Below are positions 29,332 to 39,497 of a stretch of 64,000 bases of DNA, piece after piece. Every line of letters begins with the position of its first letter. Positions within the stretch are counted from its first letter, which is position 1. The stretch covers positions 64,001-128,000 of the forward strand of contig JBFOMH010000004.1 in assembly GCA_040830765.1 (NCBI GenBank), read 5' to 3'. The notes below the pieces were generated by a model that worked only from the letters and a program-made list of their open reading frames with translations, was not told the DNA's origin and searched no databases. The DNA comes from Puniceicoccaceae bacterium (GTDB lineage: Bacteria > Verrucomicrobiota > Verrucomicrobiia > Opitutales > Oceanipulchritudinaceae). Both the position numbers and the translations under genes were made by a program.

Positions 29332-30279
29332 TTAGCCTTTAGATTTGGATGGAGGTAATCTTGATTCCAATATAGCGTGAAGCTTGTCCAGAACGTAACG
29401 GTCATCGGTTCGTGTTTGAACATTTGACTTTAACCAGTGATCATTAACCTCACGGTATTCTTCTTGGTCCTGCCTTAGCGCGTAGCGAATTGTTTTATTT
29501 GCCGAAAAGTTAAAGTCCTTTGGATCAACCCATTTGGCACCTTGCAGGAATGTATTTCGGACTGATTCGTGCGCATGATAAACCGGTATACATCCTGCCT
29601 GTGCAGCATTCACAAATTTTTCGGTAAAATACAGGAATTCTGTACTGTTCTCCAAGCAGACATTCACTTTATAGGAGGAGAGTAATCGAAGGTGAGCAGA
29701 TGCGTAGTGATCTTCACCGGGTGACCGTCTACCCTTATAATTGATCGGTGGGCCTTTTCGCCATAAAAATGGAAACTGCCTGAAGTTTGCCCATGCCTGG
29801 GGACTGCCATACAAGTCGACAAGGGGATGGAAGACAAACTTGTTCCTCAATCTAATGTAGCGCTTCAGAAACCATGCCCTCCCGCCGAAATTGTTTATGC
29901 AGGCAACGGCTGCCTTTTTCGAATACTTTTCCCTGGTGAAGTCAAATAGTTGCCTATGGGTTGGGTGCGGAACTCTGTAATCTGGATCTGGATTCCCATA
30001 CCATGCGCGCTCAGAGAGATTTAGCCTCTTGACGAGCCGCTTTCCAATTGGATGACGTTTAAAGTGATAATGCCAGCTAGGTTCAATTGTGAACCACAAC
30101 TTTGGTCCCTCAAACCGCAAAAGCTCTTCACTCGGATCGTAGAGCACCAGAAGGGCATCCGCCCTATCCAGTGTAACCCTGGGTGTATAACAAATACTTC
30201 CCTTGATAATATCAGGCCAGCTTTCAGCATTAAATTGACCAGAAACTACTCTACAGAAATATCGAGGCTGATCGTTCAT
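29332..30279 (-). CDS. Glycosyltransferase, GT10 (alpha-1,3/4-fucosyltransferase-like)
   Basis: YKVNVCLENS..YFTEKFVNAAQAGCIPVY matches the GT10 signature YKFxxxFEN..YxTEK..A..AGxxPxY. Confidence 0.75.
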   Translation of the reverse strand: MNDQPRYFCRVVSGQFNAESWPDIIKGSICYTPRVTLDRADALLVLYDPSEELLRFEGPKLWFTIEPSWHYHFKRHPIGKRLVKRLNLSERAWYGNPDPDYRVPHPTHRQLFDFTREKYSKKAAVACINNFGGRAWFLKRYIRLRNKFVFHPLVDLYGSPQAWANFRQFPFLWRKGPPINYKGRRSPGEDHYASAHLRLLSSYKVNVCLENSTEFLYFTEKFVNAAQAGCIPVYHAHESVRNTFLQGAKWVDPKDFNFSANKTIRYALRQDQEEYREVNDHWLKSNVQTRTDDRYVLDKLHAILESRLPPSKSKG

Positions 30280-30287
30280 AGATCAAA

Positions 30288-31382
30288 CTAGGAAATAGTC
30301 AGCTTTAACCAATTCGGATTATTATCCGCCCAATCGGCAATTTCACGACAAACGGAATCAATTGTTGTTTGAGGTTGCCAAGCCCAATCACATTTAACCT
30401 TGGTAGATTCTAAGACCATCCAGGGAATGTCGAATGGCCGCTTTGTCGAATCGCTGGTGATAACGGTACGTGTATCTGGATAGCGCTTAACACACCAATT
30501 GGTCAATTGGGCCAGGGACATGGAATTTTCCAAACCCCCAGCCGTGTTAACGATCCGGGACTTGTCTGTTTGCGCTGGTTCCCTTGTTTGCAGTTCAAGC
30601 AGTCTCACCAAGTCCGCCGGGTGCAGGCAGTCCCGCACCTGGTGACCGTTGCCGCCAAAGCCGATATACTTTAATGGACGGCCTTCCCGAAAGGAGTGAA
30701 TCCAGTAAGCGAAGATGCCTTGGGCGGGATGGCCAAATTGCCCAGCCCCCGCCATGACTCCACAACGGTTTATCCAAACTGGAAAGCCATAGGTTTCCCC
30801 ATATTCAAGGGCGAGGTGTTCACTAGCTACTTTAGTTGATCCGTATAAAGAAACAGGCGGCGCGGTCGTATATTCTTCCGACACGCCGCGGGGGGAGATT
30901 CCGTAGGGAAACCGCTGGGTTTGGGTTGGAGCAAACCGACCCACTCCATTATCGTCCTTTTCAATTTCCATCTCCAACCCGGCCAGACCCATGATCGAAT
31001 AGACCCGGCTCGTGGAGAGGAGAATGAATCCAGCCTCATTCCTTTTGCAATATTCCAGCAGATTGATAGTGCCGTAAAGATTATGCTCGATGAGTTCCCT
31101 ACTGGTGGTCTTTCCATCGACACCGGCCAGGACACTGGGAATGGCGGCCGCATCGATGACCCAGTCGCACTTCGGCAAGGCGTCTATATCCTTCTCAAAA
31201 CGTATATCCCCGGTAACCAACTGTATACCAAGCTCCCCTTCAATTACCGGCTGATTAAGCCGGGATCCGGCACGGGAAAAGTTGTCAATGCCGGCCAGTT
31301 CCCATTCCGGGAAGGCGCGCCGGATCTCCCGGGCGATGGATGACCCGACGAAACCACATATGCCTGTAATGAGTACTTTCAT
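30288..31382 (-). CDS. NAD-dependent nucleotide-sugar epimerase (CDP-paratose 2-epimerase/Tyv-like SDR)
   Basis: ITGICGFVGS, STSRVY, SLYGSTK (YxxxK intact), QVRDCLH. Confidence 0.85.
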   Translation of the reverse strand: MKVLITGICGFVGSSIAREIRRAFPEWELAGIDNFSRAGSRLNQPVIEGELGIQLVTGDIRFEKDIDALPKCDWVIDAAAIPSVLAGVDGKTTSRELIEHNLYGTINLLEYCKRNEAGFILLSTSRVYSIMGLAGLEMEIEKDDNGVGRFAPTQTQRFPYGISPRGVSEEYTTAPPVSLYGSTKVASEHLALEYGETYGFPVWINRCGVMAGAGQFGHPAQGIFAYWIHSFREGRPLKYIGFGGNGHQVRDCLHPADLVRLLELQTREPAQTDKSRIVNTAGGLENSMSLAQLTNWCVKRYPDTRTVITSDSTKRPFDIPWMVLESTKVKCDWAWQPQTTIDSVCREIADWADNNPNWLKLTIS

Positions 31383-32446
31383 TATGCCTCGTTTCGCTTC
31401 TTCCAGCTCTCGACGATTTGCCGGATAGTTTCCTCAAGGTTGATGGAAATATCCCACTCCGGATAGTGTTCCCGCATCTTCGTGAGGTCAGAGTAATAAC
31501 AGATATGGTCCCCAATGCGGTTATCATCCACGTAGGAGCTGACCATTGGTTTGCCTGAATACTTCTCCACGAGGGCAAAAGCTTCCAAGATGGAGCAGGT
31601 GTTATTCTTTCCACCACCGATGTTGTAGACCTCGCCACACCGGGGTTCCTCAATGAAGGCATGAATAAAGCGGGCCACATCAAGGCTGTGGATGTTGTCA
31701 CGGACCTGCTTTCCCTTATACCCAAAAATCTTGAACTCTCGTTCCTCAAGATTGCACTTGGCGAGGTAACTGAGGAAGCCGTGGAGCTCGACCCCGCTAT
31801 GGTTGGGTCCGGTCAGGCAACCTCCGCGCAAGGCACAGGATGGAAGCCCGAAGTACCTGCCATATTCCTGTACCATGACATCAGCCGCCACCTTGGAAGC
31901 TCCGAAGAGCGAATGCTTTGACTGATCGATGGAAAAGTCCTCCGCAATACCGTTCTCGTAGGCGGGATCGTCATAATCCCACCGGGTTTCCAGTTCTTTC
32001 AAGGGGATCGTGTTGGGCCGGTCCCCATAAACCTTGTTGGTCGACATGTGGGCGAACGGTGCTTCCGGACAAGCCTGTCGGGTGGCTTCGAGAAGGTTGA
32101 CCGTCCCCACCGCGTTGGTGTCAAAGTCATCGAACGGAATGGCTGCTGCCCTATCATGGCTGGGTTGTGCCGCAGTGTGGACAATCGCATCCGGCTCGAC
32201 CTCCTTCAGTAGATCGAGGACGCCCTGTCGGTCGCGGATGTCTACCTCGTGATGGGAAAATTTTTTGCCGAGCGACGACTGCAAACGATTTTGATTCCAT
32301 CGGGTATCGCCTTGCGGGCCAAAAAACACAGCCCGCTGATTGTTATCCAATCCATGGATTTCCCATCCCAGATTCGCGAAATAGATGCAGACTTCGGATC
32401 CGATTAATCCGGAAGATCCGGTAACAAGTAATTTTTGTTTAGACAT
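31382..32446 (-). CDS. NAD-dependent nucleotide-sugar epimerase-like SDR (Tyv-like; FxxxK in place of YxxxK)
   Basis: [43 protein letters not shown]. Confidence 0.85.
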   Translation of the reverse strand: MSKQKLLVTGSSGLIGSEVCIYFANLGWEIHGLDNNQRAVFFGPQGDTRWNQNRLQSSLGKKFSHHEVDIRDRQGVLDLLKEVEPDAIVHTAAQPSHDRAAAIPFDDFDTNAVGTVNLLEATRQACPEAPFAHMSTNKVYGDRPNTIPLKELETRWDYDDPAYENGIAEDFSIDQSKHSLFGASKVAADVMVQEYGRYFGLPSCALRGGCLTGPNHSGVELHGFLSYLAKCNLEEREFKIFGYKGKQVRDNIHSLDVARFIHAFIEEPRCGEVYNIGGGKNNTCSILEAFALVEKYSGKPMVSSYVDDNRIGDHICYYSDLTKMREHYPEWDISINLEETIRQIVESWKKRNEA

Positions 32447-33335
32447 GGTGTTTTAAAGTGACGCATGGAATTGCGGATCGGATAGTCCAATCGGCCTCCG
32501 TATCCTTTAAAGGGTGAATCGCCCGCAGATTTTCATCATTGAGATCCTCAATGGTAAAATACCTCGCACCATGCATGTATTTCCACCCTTCCACAAACCG
32601 GGTCTTACGAATATCGATGACCTTTCCCCCGAGCATTTTGATCAGAATGGGTAGCAGCACATCATCATTCCACTCCAAACCGTTCTTTCCAGCTGGAACC
32701 AGGTATCCGTTCTTATCCATAAGGCCTAAAATGCCTTTTCCTATGGCATAGCCTCCTCCGGTAGGCTGGGCATAAGGCCATTTGAGCTTCATCAATCCCC
32801 AAAAGGTTGCCCGGGCATGCCAAGTCATGCCAATCCGTAATTTCCCGGCCTTGCCATACCGGTGAGTTGCCGGTTCGCGGCTAAGGCCAACGGGTAGGCA
32901 GTCAACCAGCAACCGCATCCATCGTTTCATGTTATCACCCCGAGCGCGGTAAACGGCGTGTGGAGCTATAAAATCAGCCTGTTCCGATTGACTCAAAGAG
33001 GCGAGATCCTCAAAAAATTCCCGTGATAATACAACTGTATCTGGGTCCAGCTTGATGAGTAAATCGAATGACCGCTTTGCCAAATTTCCAAAACACCAGA
33101 ACACAGTTTTCCCAATCTCGGTATAGGGTCGCGGGGCCTCGGGCACTGTGATGACGGCGATCTCCTCACGGCTTGAGAGTCTGTCAATTAAATTAGATTT
33201 CCCTGTGTTATCAAAGACGTATACTGAAGTGGTATATTCTTCAGGAACCAAGGCCAGTGCCCTGTGTAATCCTTCTTCGGCGATTCTTTCCTCCCCGGGG
33301 GAAACAACTAGGAAGACTGCCAGCGAAAAGTTCAT
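32439..33335 (-). CDS. Hypothetical protein, probable GT-A-fold glycosyltransferase
   Basis: [15 protein letters not shown] (DxD), TGGGYAI, NDDVLL and IHPLK echo GT31/Fringe-like motifs. Translationally coupled within the operon. Confidence 0.5.
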   Translation of the reverse strand: MNFSLAVFLVVSPGEERIAEEGLHRALALVPEEYTTSVYVFDNTGKSNLIDRLSSREEIAVITVPEAPRPYTEIGKTVFWCFGNLAKRSFDLLIKLDPDTVVLSREFFEDLASLSQSEQADFIAPHAVYRARGDNMKRWMRLLVDCLPVGLSREPATHRYGKAGKLRIGMTWHARATFWGLMKLKWPYAQPTGGGYAIGKGILGLMDKNGYLVPAGKNGLEWNDDVLLPILIKMLGGKVIDIRKTRFVEGWKYMHGARYFTIEDLNDENLRAIHPLKDTEADWTIRSAIPCVTLKHHV

Positions 33336-35149
33336 GTCAATTCAACCCTGTCACCAAAACCGAGCTCCTCAAATGTACCCTGCCGTTCCACCCCACCATC
33401 TTTGAGAAGGAAAATCTGGTCAGCTCTACGAATTGTTGTCAATCGATGAGCAATCACAACCAGTGTCATTTGGCCGTAAAGGGCTTCAATTGCCTCCATT
33501 AAGGCTGACTCGGTCGCGTTATCCAGGGCACTTGTCGCCTCATCAAGTACCAGCAAAGCCGGCTTGTGGTACAAGGCACGAGCTAAACCTATGCGCTGGC
33601 GCTGGCCTCCGGACAGGCGAACGCCTCTTTCTCCTACCCGGCTCTGAAATCCATCCGGCAATTCACTTTCTATGAACTCTCGTATCTGGGCAACCTCTGT
33701 AACCGTGCGGAGTTGCTCTTCGTCGATGGCCTTCGCTTCCAACCCAAAGGCCACATTGGCCGCAATTGTGTCGTCCAGTAAAAAGATTTCCTGGGGAACA
33801 TAGCCAATGCTGGCTCTCCATGGGCGCATGTTGTCCCGAGCTAATTCAAGCTCATCAATCATTATCCGCCCGGACTGAGGTCTATGTAATCCCAAAAGGA
33901 TGTCCACCAAGGTCGACTTCCCAGAACCCGTTTCGCCAACAAAGGCAATGAAGGAATTCTTGGGAATTTTCAGAGAGAGACCATTTATGACAGGGCTTTT
34001 CGTCGAGGGGTATTGAAAGGTGATCTTTTCCAACCTTATGGCATTGCTCCACTCCAATTGATTTACATTCGCGGGGCGCCGCGCGATGAGCTCAAGCGTG
34101 TCCGGCTCCTCTGCGGTCATGAATTCATCGTACACCTCCTCCATGCTGTGCATCATCAGGGTTATTTGAGTGGCGGATCCATAGAAGAGCTGGAAGTTAG
34201 GAATCAGCCTGTATCCGGCCATAGCCATGACGCCAAGCATGGGGATAAAGGAAGAAAAGTCCTGCCTTTGTATGGACAATAAGAGCACGAAAATAACGAT
34301 GGCGCCGAACGCCAAGGGCTCAATAAGGTAACGCGGTGCATTCTGGTAAATGGGAAACCACTTCTGCAGGGTCGCTTGGATGGCCGAATGCTGAGCATAG
34401 CGATTTAGGAACACTTGCTCCACTCCGTGCACTTTTATTGGTTTTATACCACCAAGCAGTTGCTGAGCTTCTCGCATGGCACCGCGATTTGCCAACTTCA
34501 TCGAACGCGAGGTGTTTTCTCTTCGATTGCGTAGTATTTTGTAGATTAAGGAGTAAAAAATCCCCAATGCAATCGCTGCTCCAATGGCAAATCCAGGATT
34601 AACCAAGACAAGCGTGAGAATTAGAAAGATGGATGTAATCCCTCGGGCAACACCCTCTAACAAAGGAGACAGCACACCAGAAACATAAGCATAGACATCA
34701 CCTGTTGTCTTTTTGAGTAATTCCCCAGTATTTGTGTTGAGAAAATAGCCGTAGGAATTCTGCAGCATTCGATCGAGGAGGCGCAAGCGCAACCAGTGGG
34801 CATAGCCGTGAGCATAGCGGGTGCGGACAATTTCCCCGGCCATCATCAAAGCATTGGATAGTAATAGCATGATCAGGGCAAAAAGCCCTGCAAAGAATAT
34901 CAAACGAGCATCTGAGAGAGGGGGAAGTGCGTTGAGGAGTATATGCCCGACGGAAGAATCCTTGAAAGCTGCGGGATTTGCCGCCAAAGCGAGAAAGGGA
35001 AAGATGGATGTGACCCCAATGACTTGGAAAAGGCCTTGGGCGAGGATAACGATGAAAACAAAGATCAATCGCTTGCGCCCATAGGGTCGGGCCAAAAAGT
35101 ATGCCTTCCGCAAGAAATCACTAACTTTCGACTTTTCCGTACCAGCCAT
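33332..35149 (-). CDS. ABC transporter, fused TMD+NBD (PglK/HepA-like lipid-linked oligosaccharide flippase)
   Basis: TM domain with a PglK-like first segment (GVTSIFPFLALAANP); Walker A GETGSGKST, signature LSGGQRQR, Walker B LVLDEATSALD, IAHRL. Likely start 35149. Confidence 0.85.
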   Translation of the reverse strand: MAGTEKSKVSDFLRKAYFLARPYGRKRLIFVFIVILAQGLFQVIGVTSIFPFLALAANPAAFKDSSVGHILLNALPPLSDARLIFFAGLFALIMLLLSNALMMAGEIVRTRYAHGYAHWLRLRLLDRMLQNSYGYFLNTNTGELLKKTTGDVYAYVSGVLSPLLEGVARGITSIFLILTLVLVNPGFAIGAAIALGIFYSLIYKILRNRRENTSRSMKLANRGAMREAQQLLGGIKPIKVHGVEQVFLNRYAQHSAIQATLQKWFPIYQNAPRYLIEPLAFGAIVIFVLLLSIQRQDFSSFIPMLGVMAMAGYRLIPNFQLFYGSATQITLMMHSMEEVYDEFMTAEEPDTLELIARRPANVNQLEWSNAIRLEKITFQYPSTKSPVINGLSLKIPKNSFIAFVGETGSGKSTLVDILLGLHRPQSGRIMIDELELARDNMRPWRASIGYVPQEIFLLDDTIAANVAFGLEAKAIDEEQLRTVTEVAQIREFIESELPDGFQSRVGERGVRLSGGQRQRIGLARALYHKPALLVLDEATSALDNATESALMEAIEALYGQMTLVVIAHRLTTIRRADQIFLLKDGGVERQGTFEELGFGDRVELT

Positions 35150-35151
35150 AT

Positions 35152-35829
35152 TTAGATTGTCATGAGCCAATATGTATCGATTTCCCGATGCTCATTACCA
35201 ATGAATGGGAGTGCGCTGAGGTCCTTAATGAGGAATGCTCTTTTAACTCTTGTGAAATGGGCTGCGACCTCAGCAACCCTATCCTTGCCGTGAATTTCAA
35301 TCAGCCAATCGTGTTTATCGTTCTGAAGTATATCCTGTGCGCCATTGAGGGCCTCGGTCTCAAAGCCCTCAATATCAATTTTGATCAAACCCGACTTCCC
35401 GTGGAGTTCGGGATGGGACTTATGGAAATTGTCCAAGGTAACATAGTCATCTGAATCCTCCGCCCCGACAAATTTCTGCACAACTGTAATCGTGCAATTT
35501 GAGTACTCTTGCCATTCTCTTGGTTGCAGTAAGGATGGCATGTTTCCGGCACCCGGTTCAAAGCTGATAATGTCAACCGGTCGTTGATTTCCTTTAGACA
35601 TCAACCAGGCCAAGCCATAGGTATCGTATCCATCGTTAGCCCCGACATCGAATGCGAAATCCTTTTGCGGAGCAACTTCCTCCAACCAGTCATTAAGGAC
35701 GTGTTCGTAAAGACCGAATATCTTGCGTTTTGAGTCGGCCGGATTCAGAAAGACCCTCGCTCCCTTAAAGGGTCCCCGGAGAATCTTAACATCCTCCTGC
35801 TTGTTACTGAGTAATTTAATGGGATTCAT
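35152..35829 (-). CDS. FkbM-family SAM-dependent methyltransferase
   Basis: GLYE, FDVGANDGY, SFEP, VTLD, LIKIDIEGFE, LIEIH. Confidence 0.8.
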   Translation of the reverse strand: MNPIKLLSNKQEDVKILRGPFKGARVFLNPADSKRKIFGLYEHVLNDWLEEVAPQKDFAFDVGANDGYDTYGLAWLMSKGNQRPVDIISFEPGAGNMPSLLQPREWQEYSNCTITVVQKFVGAEDSDDYVTLDNFHKSHPELHGKSGLIKIDIEGFETEALNGAQDILQNDKHDWLIEIHGKDRVAEVAAHFTRVKRAFLIKDLSALPFIGNEHREIDTYWLMTI

Positions 35830-35863
35830 ATGACCGTTGTTTCGAGTTTAAATTTGTAGCCCC

Positions 35864-35880
35864 CACGCTGCCGCCCTTGG
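35864..35880 (-). promoter_or_regulatory. ops/JUMPstart-like element in the leader of the distal glycan operon
   Basis: Coding strand CCAAGGGCGGCAGCGTG versus the enterobacterial JUMPstart 3' end CCAGGGGCGGTAGCGTG. Sits about 35 nt before the FkbM start in a 238-bp spacer. Confidence 0.35.
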
Positions 35881-36067
35881 TCGAATCCTGAAAATGGAAA
35901 ACCAATCGGAAAACATTTGGTCGATGACCGGGAACTCATAAAACTTTCACTCCCGTAAAACGGGATGGCTGCTGCCTGCAAAGTATGGGGAATCCAATAG
36001 AAATGGGCAAATGGGGTCAAGGGGCATGAGGGCAAAGCGCTTTTCTGCGGAAAGATTAACAATTGAT

Positions 36068-37180
36068 TTACGCATGGTCGGATTCCAGCAGGCTCGAATA
36101 GAGCCCGAATTGCTTACTCGCCACCTTCTCACAGGTATATGCGGATTGGACCAATTCACATGCCTTCCGGGATAATTCTTCCCATTGAGACCGGCCGAGT
36201 CCCTTTGCCGCTTCCAGTCCTGTCTTGATACTTAAGGAATCCGGTTCCACATGAATTCCAATCTTAGATTCAAAAATATCGGGGAAATTGCAGCCTTGGG
36301 AAACAATTGGTACCATTCCGCTTTGCATGGCCTCCAAAACGCTACTTGGAAAACCTTCGCTGTAAGATGGTAGCACGTAGAAATGGCAGGATTTGAGCAG
36401 ATTTGCCTTTTCCTCGCCAAAAACCGGACCGATATATTCAACATTTCCAATTCCCGGGTTGCCTATGAGGAACTGCTCCAGCTTTGAGAACTCTCCATCA
36501 TCCGGTCCAGCTATTTTCAAGAAGACTGAAGAGGACCGACTTAGCGAACTGGCCTTCCATCCCTCCAAAAGAGGCATAATACCCTTTTTCTGATGAAGGC
36601 GGGCCATGAATAGGAAGGTTGTGACTGGACTTCGTTCATCAGCGGTCTCCGACCAATCAGTCTCCACGACACCATTAGGAATCCATTCCATCCGATTCTG
36701 AAATACCTTCTGCAAGTTTGCGTATTCAGGTTTAGAAACAGCCCGAATCACGTCTGCCCTCTGCAAAGCACGTTTTTCGAAAAGATTAAAATAGCCCCAC
36801 TTCAGCAGCCTTTTTTGGGAGCGGCTCCACGGCTCCAGCATCCCTTGGGGCACAGCTACCCAGGAGAAGCCCAAGTTCTTAAGGTGTCGACCCCATCTCG
36901 TTGGAAACTGCCAGCAGCCATGGCTGACAATCACATCCTTTGCGGGATTCAAGCCTGCCATGGAGGTGATGTCCCTCAGGTGTTTCGTGGCGAGGTTATC
37001 AAGCCCCCTGGGGATAGCCCCATTCAAAGCCTCTTTCACTACCTCAGAGGTGGAACTGGGATACCAGATCTCGGACTCCACAGAGTGATTTTCTTTCAAT
37101 TCTCTTGATGTGGAAATAGCGGCATTCCAGATGCCAAAATTAACCCGATCGAGGCGGTCGACGATGTTGATAATGCGCAT
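36068..37180 (-). CDS. Glycosyltransferase, GT4 family
   Basis: PQGML, IPNGV, FMARLHQKKG, IAGPD, LPSYSEGFPSSVLEAM. Likely start MRIINI at 37180. Confidence 0.9.
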   Translation of the reverse strand: MRIINIVDRLDRVNFGIWNAAISTSRELKENHSVESEIWYPSSTSEVVKEALNGAIPRGLDNLATKHLRDITSMAGLNPAKDVIVSHGCWQFPTRWGRHLKNLGFSWVAVPQGMLEPWSRSQKRLLKWGYFNLFEKRALQRADVIRAVSKPEYANLQKVFQNRMEWIPNGVVETDWSETADERSPVTTFLFMARLHQKKGIMPLLEGWKASSLSRSSSVFLKIAGPDDGEFSKLEQFLIGNPGIGNVEYIGPVFGEEKANLLKSCHFYVLPSYSEGFPSSVLEAMQSGMVPIVSQGCNFPDIFESKIGIHVEPDSLSIKTGLEAAKGLGRSQWEELSRKACELVQSAYTCEKVASKQFGLYSSLLESDHA

Positions 37181-37182
37181 GT

Positions 37183-38259
37183 CTACTTGAAGCTTTCCTG
37201 AAGATAAAGAGCCCAATTCGAACAATTGAACTGGGAGACCCTTTGCCGGGAGCGTTCGCTCATTTGCAGCCATTCCTGCGTACCGGTCATGGGCAAGCCG
37301 TTGAGGACGGTCACAAGGGCACTTTCATCGCAGGGGTGAAAGAGCCAACCACTTTCCTCATCGACCAGATCTGGCTGACACCCACAGGCGTCACTACAAA
37401 TGACTGGGAGGCCGGCAGCCATAGCCTCGTTGACCACTAATCCCCATGGCTCAAAAGTGCTGGGCAGGACAAAAGCACTGGCGCGGGCATATTCCCCGGG
37501 CAGCGCCTCATACCCTACCCAGCCGACAAATTCCACTCTATCGGAGCCGCCGGCGGCATCTCGCAAGGCCTTTTCCTCTGGCCCTCCACCAATAAGACGC
37601 AGTCGCCATGAACTGGCCAGTTCGGATTGCCGGAAGGCGGCGATCAACATGCCCAGATTCTTTTCCGGACTGAAGCGGGCAACCGAGAGCAGGACGGGTT
37701 CACGTCTTATGGAGCCTGATGTAGCGAAATGGTCATTATCGACGACACTGTACCCAACCAGGATGCGGTCCTGGGGGATTCCCAGTTTCTTATGAAAGTG
37801 ATCCCGGGCACGACTGCCTGAAACGAAGAACCTTTGACAGAATATCCGCAGGAAGAATCCCTTGGCCCGGTTAAGCAGCCAGTTCTCCCCATACCAGGAC
37901 TCGGCAAAGAGGGTCACCCGGCAACCCCGCATCCAAGCCAGCTTGATGAAGAGGATATATTCCAGCCGGCCGTAACCTGCGATGGCGACGTTTCGAATTT
38001 GCTTCTCCTTCAGGAGCTTCCAAAACCGTCTCACCCGGTTCCACAGATCCAGTTTTTCAACCGGTTTGGTGGAGAGGACAAAATGGCGGTTGGATTCAGC
38101 AGATCTGCCCCATCCATAGAGCCCGTCCTCTCCGCCGAAATCAGCCGTAAAGACCTGCTCCTCATTGACGAGCTCTTTAAGGGCACGGACCCTTGCCCGA
38201 TGGTAATCGCCAATCCGGTCCCAGACGACCAATATGTTGCCACTTTCCACCCTGTTCAT
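37183..38259 (-). CDS. Glycosyltransferase, GT4 family
   Basis: YHRAR, VVDNDHF, VARFSPEKNL, LPSTFEPWGLVVNEAMAAGLP. Confidence 0.92.
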   Translation of the reverse strand: MNRVESGNILVVWDRIGDYHRARVRALKELVNEEQVFTADFGGEDGLYGWGRSAESNRHFVLSTKPVEKLDLWNRVRRFWKLLKEKQIRNVAIAGYGRLEYILFIKLAWMRGCRVTLFAESWYGENWLLNRAKGFFLRIFCQRFFVSGSRARDHFHKKLGIPQDRILVGYSVVDNDHFATSGSIRREPVLLSVARFSPEKNLGMLIAAFRQSELASSWRLRLIGGGPEEKALRDAAGGSDRVEFVGWVGYEALPGEYARASAFVLPSTFEPWGLVVNEAMAAGLPVICSDACGCQPDLVDEESGWLFHPCDESALVTVLNGLPMTGTQEWLQMSERSRQRVSQFNCSNWALYLQESFK

Positions 38260-39497
38260 CCGCCTTGAATGTTATCCAATTCCTGCAGCATCCGATCCCA
38301 TCTGGCAACTTCATTGCTCCTCTGGTAGTTTTCAGCCCAAAGGCGCCGGGCATTTGATCCCTCTTTTCCAAGTAGATCCGGATTCCTGCTATAACGTCGC
38401 AGTGCTTCAACCAGGCTGGAGTAGTCCCCTTCATGGATAGAACAGCCGGCCTCTGCAAATGCCAGCAACTCAGCGATCTCGCAACGCGTGTCCCCGATAA
38501 AGATAACCGGCCGGCCCGCCTGGAGAATGCCGAAGAACTTGCTTGGAAAAATATACGGTGTCATTGCTTCCTTGAGGGTGAACCAATGCACATCCGGGAC
38601 CCGGAGGGCTGAGGCCAGCTCATCCAGCGGCTGATAGGGAAGGAAAGTGAAACTACTCTCCAGTCCGGCATCTTCAACCGCTTCCTGCAATGCGGCATAT
38701 CCATGACCGCCTCCACACAGCAGAAAGTGAATCTTGTCTTCTTTTTCGAGCGCTTTGGCTGACTCAAGAAGTGTCTTCCAGTCATGGGCCCGACCAAGGT
38801 TGCCCGAGTACCCGACCAACAAGACATCCTCCGGGATCTCCCACGCAGCCCTTAGTTCTTTTTCCCTCGTTCCACCTTCATCCTCCTGTACTGCCCAGTT
38901 GGAAATGCAGACCAGACGGTGACGTTCGATCTCCCGGGCAGAAAGATATGCCTGCATATCTTTTCCGAGGACAACGACCCGGTCGGAACGCCGCAGGCTC
39001 CAGTCGCGGACCAGCTTCAGAAACTTGAACAACCAGCTCGTAAAATTGGAAGGCCGCATACTGGCGATCGCCACCTCGGGAAAAACATCCTGGCACCAGG
39101 CAACCAGGCGGAACTGCTTTACCAAGCGGCCTATGGAACCAAGTATGCTCAGAAGCGGTGGATCTGTCTTCAAGACGACTATGTCCCCGCCTCCAAGGTT
39201 ACGAAGGATGTAGGCGAAGAAGGAGTAATAGATGGTCAGGTAGTCCATCAAGCGGCCGGACAGGGTGCCTCGCCCGAACCGGGTCGACCAGAGGCGGACA
39301 ATCTCGACTCCGCCCAGCTGCTCCCGACGGTCATACTGGATTTCCTTGTTGGCATAGTCCAACCTGCTGGAAATGACCGTGACCTCATAGCCCAGGACAT
39401 CGAGCTCGCGGCAAAGATCCGTCAGGATCTGCGCGGTCGCACTCTGGTCGGGCCAGAAAAAGCGGTTAAAGAAGAAGACCCTCCGGGGACGCATCAT
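38256..39497 (-). CDS. Glycosyltransferase, GT4 (WbuB/WcaI-like)
   Basis: NRFFWPDQSATAQILTDL, TDPP, QDVFPE, YSGNLGRAHD, FPSKFFGIL..GRP. Confidence 0.9.
   Translation of the reverse strand: MMRPRRVFFFNRFFWPDQSATAQILTDLCRELDVLGYEVTVISSRLDYANKEIQYDRREQLGGVEIVRLWSTRFGRGTLSGRLMDYLTIYYSFFAYILRNLGGGDIVVLKTDPPLLSILGSIGRLVKQFRLVAWCQDVFPEVAIASMRPSNFTSWLFKFLKLVRDWSLRRSDRVVVLGKDMQAYLSAREIERHRLVCISNWAVQEDEGGTREKELRAAWEIPEDVLLVGYSGNLGRAHDWKTLLESAKALEKEDKIHFLLCGGGHGYAALQEAVEDAGLESSFTFLPYQPLDELASALRVPDVHWFTLKEAMTPYIFPSKFFGILQAGRPVIFIGDTRCEIAELLAFAEAGCSIHEGDYSSLVEALRRYSRNPDLLGKEGSNARRLWAENYQRSNEVARWDRMLQELDNIQGG

Noticed and set aside
35826..36062. 78-aa ORF in the spacer
   Set aside because: No protein-like features; more likely a promoter/leader region.
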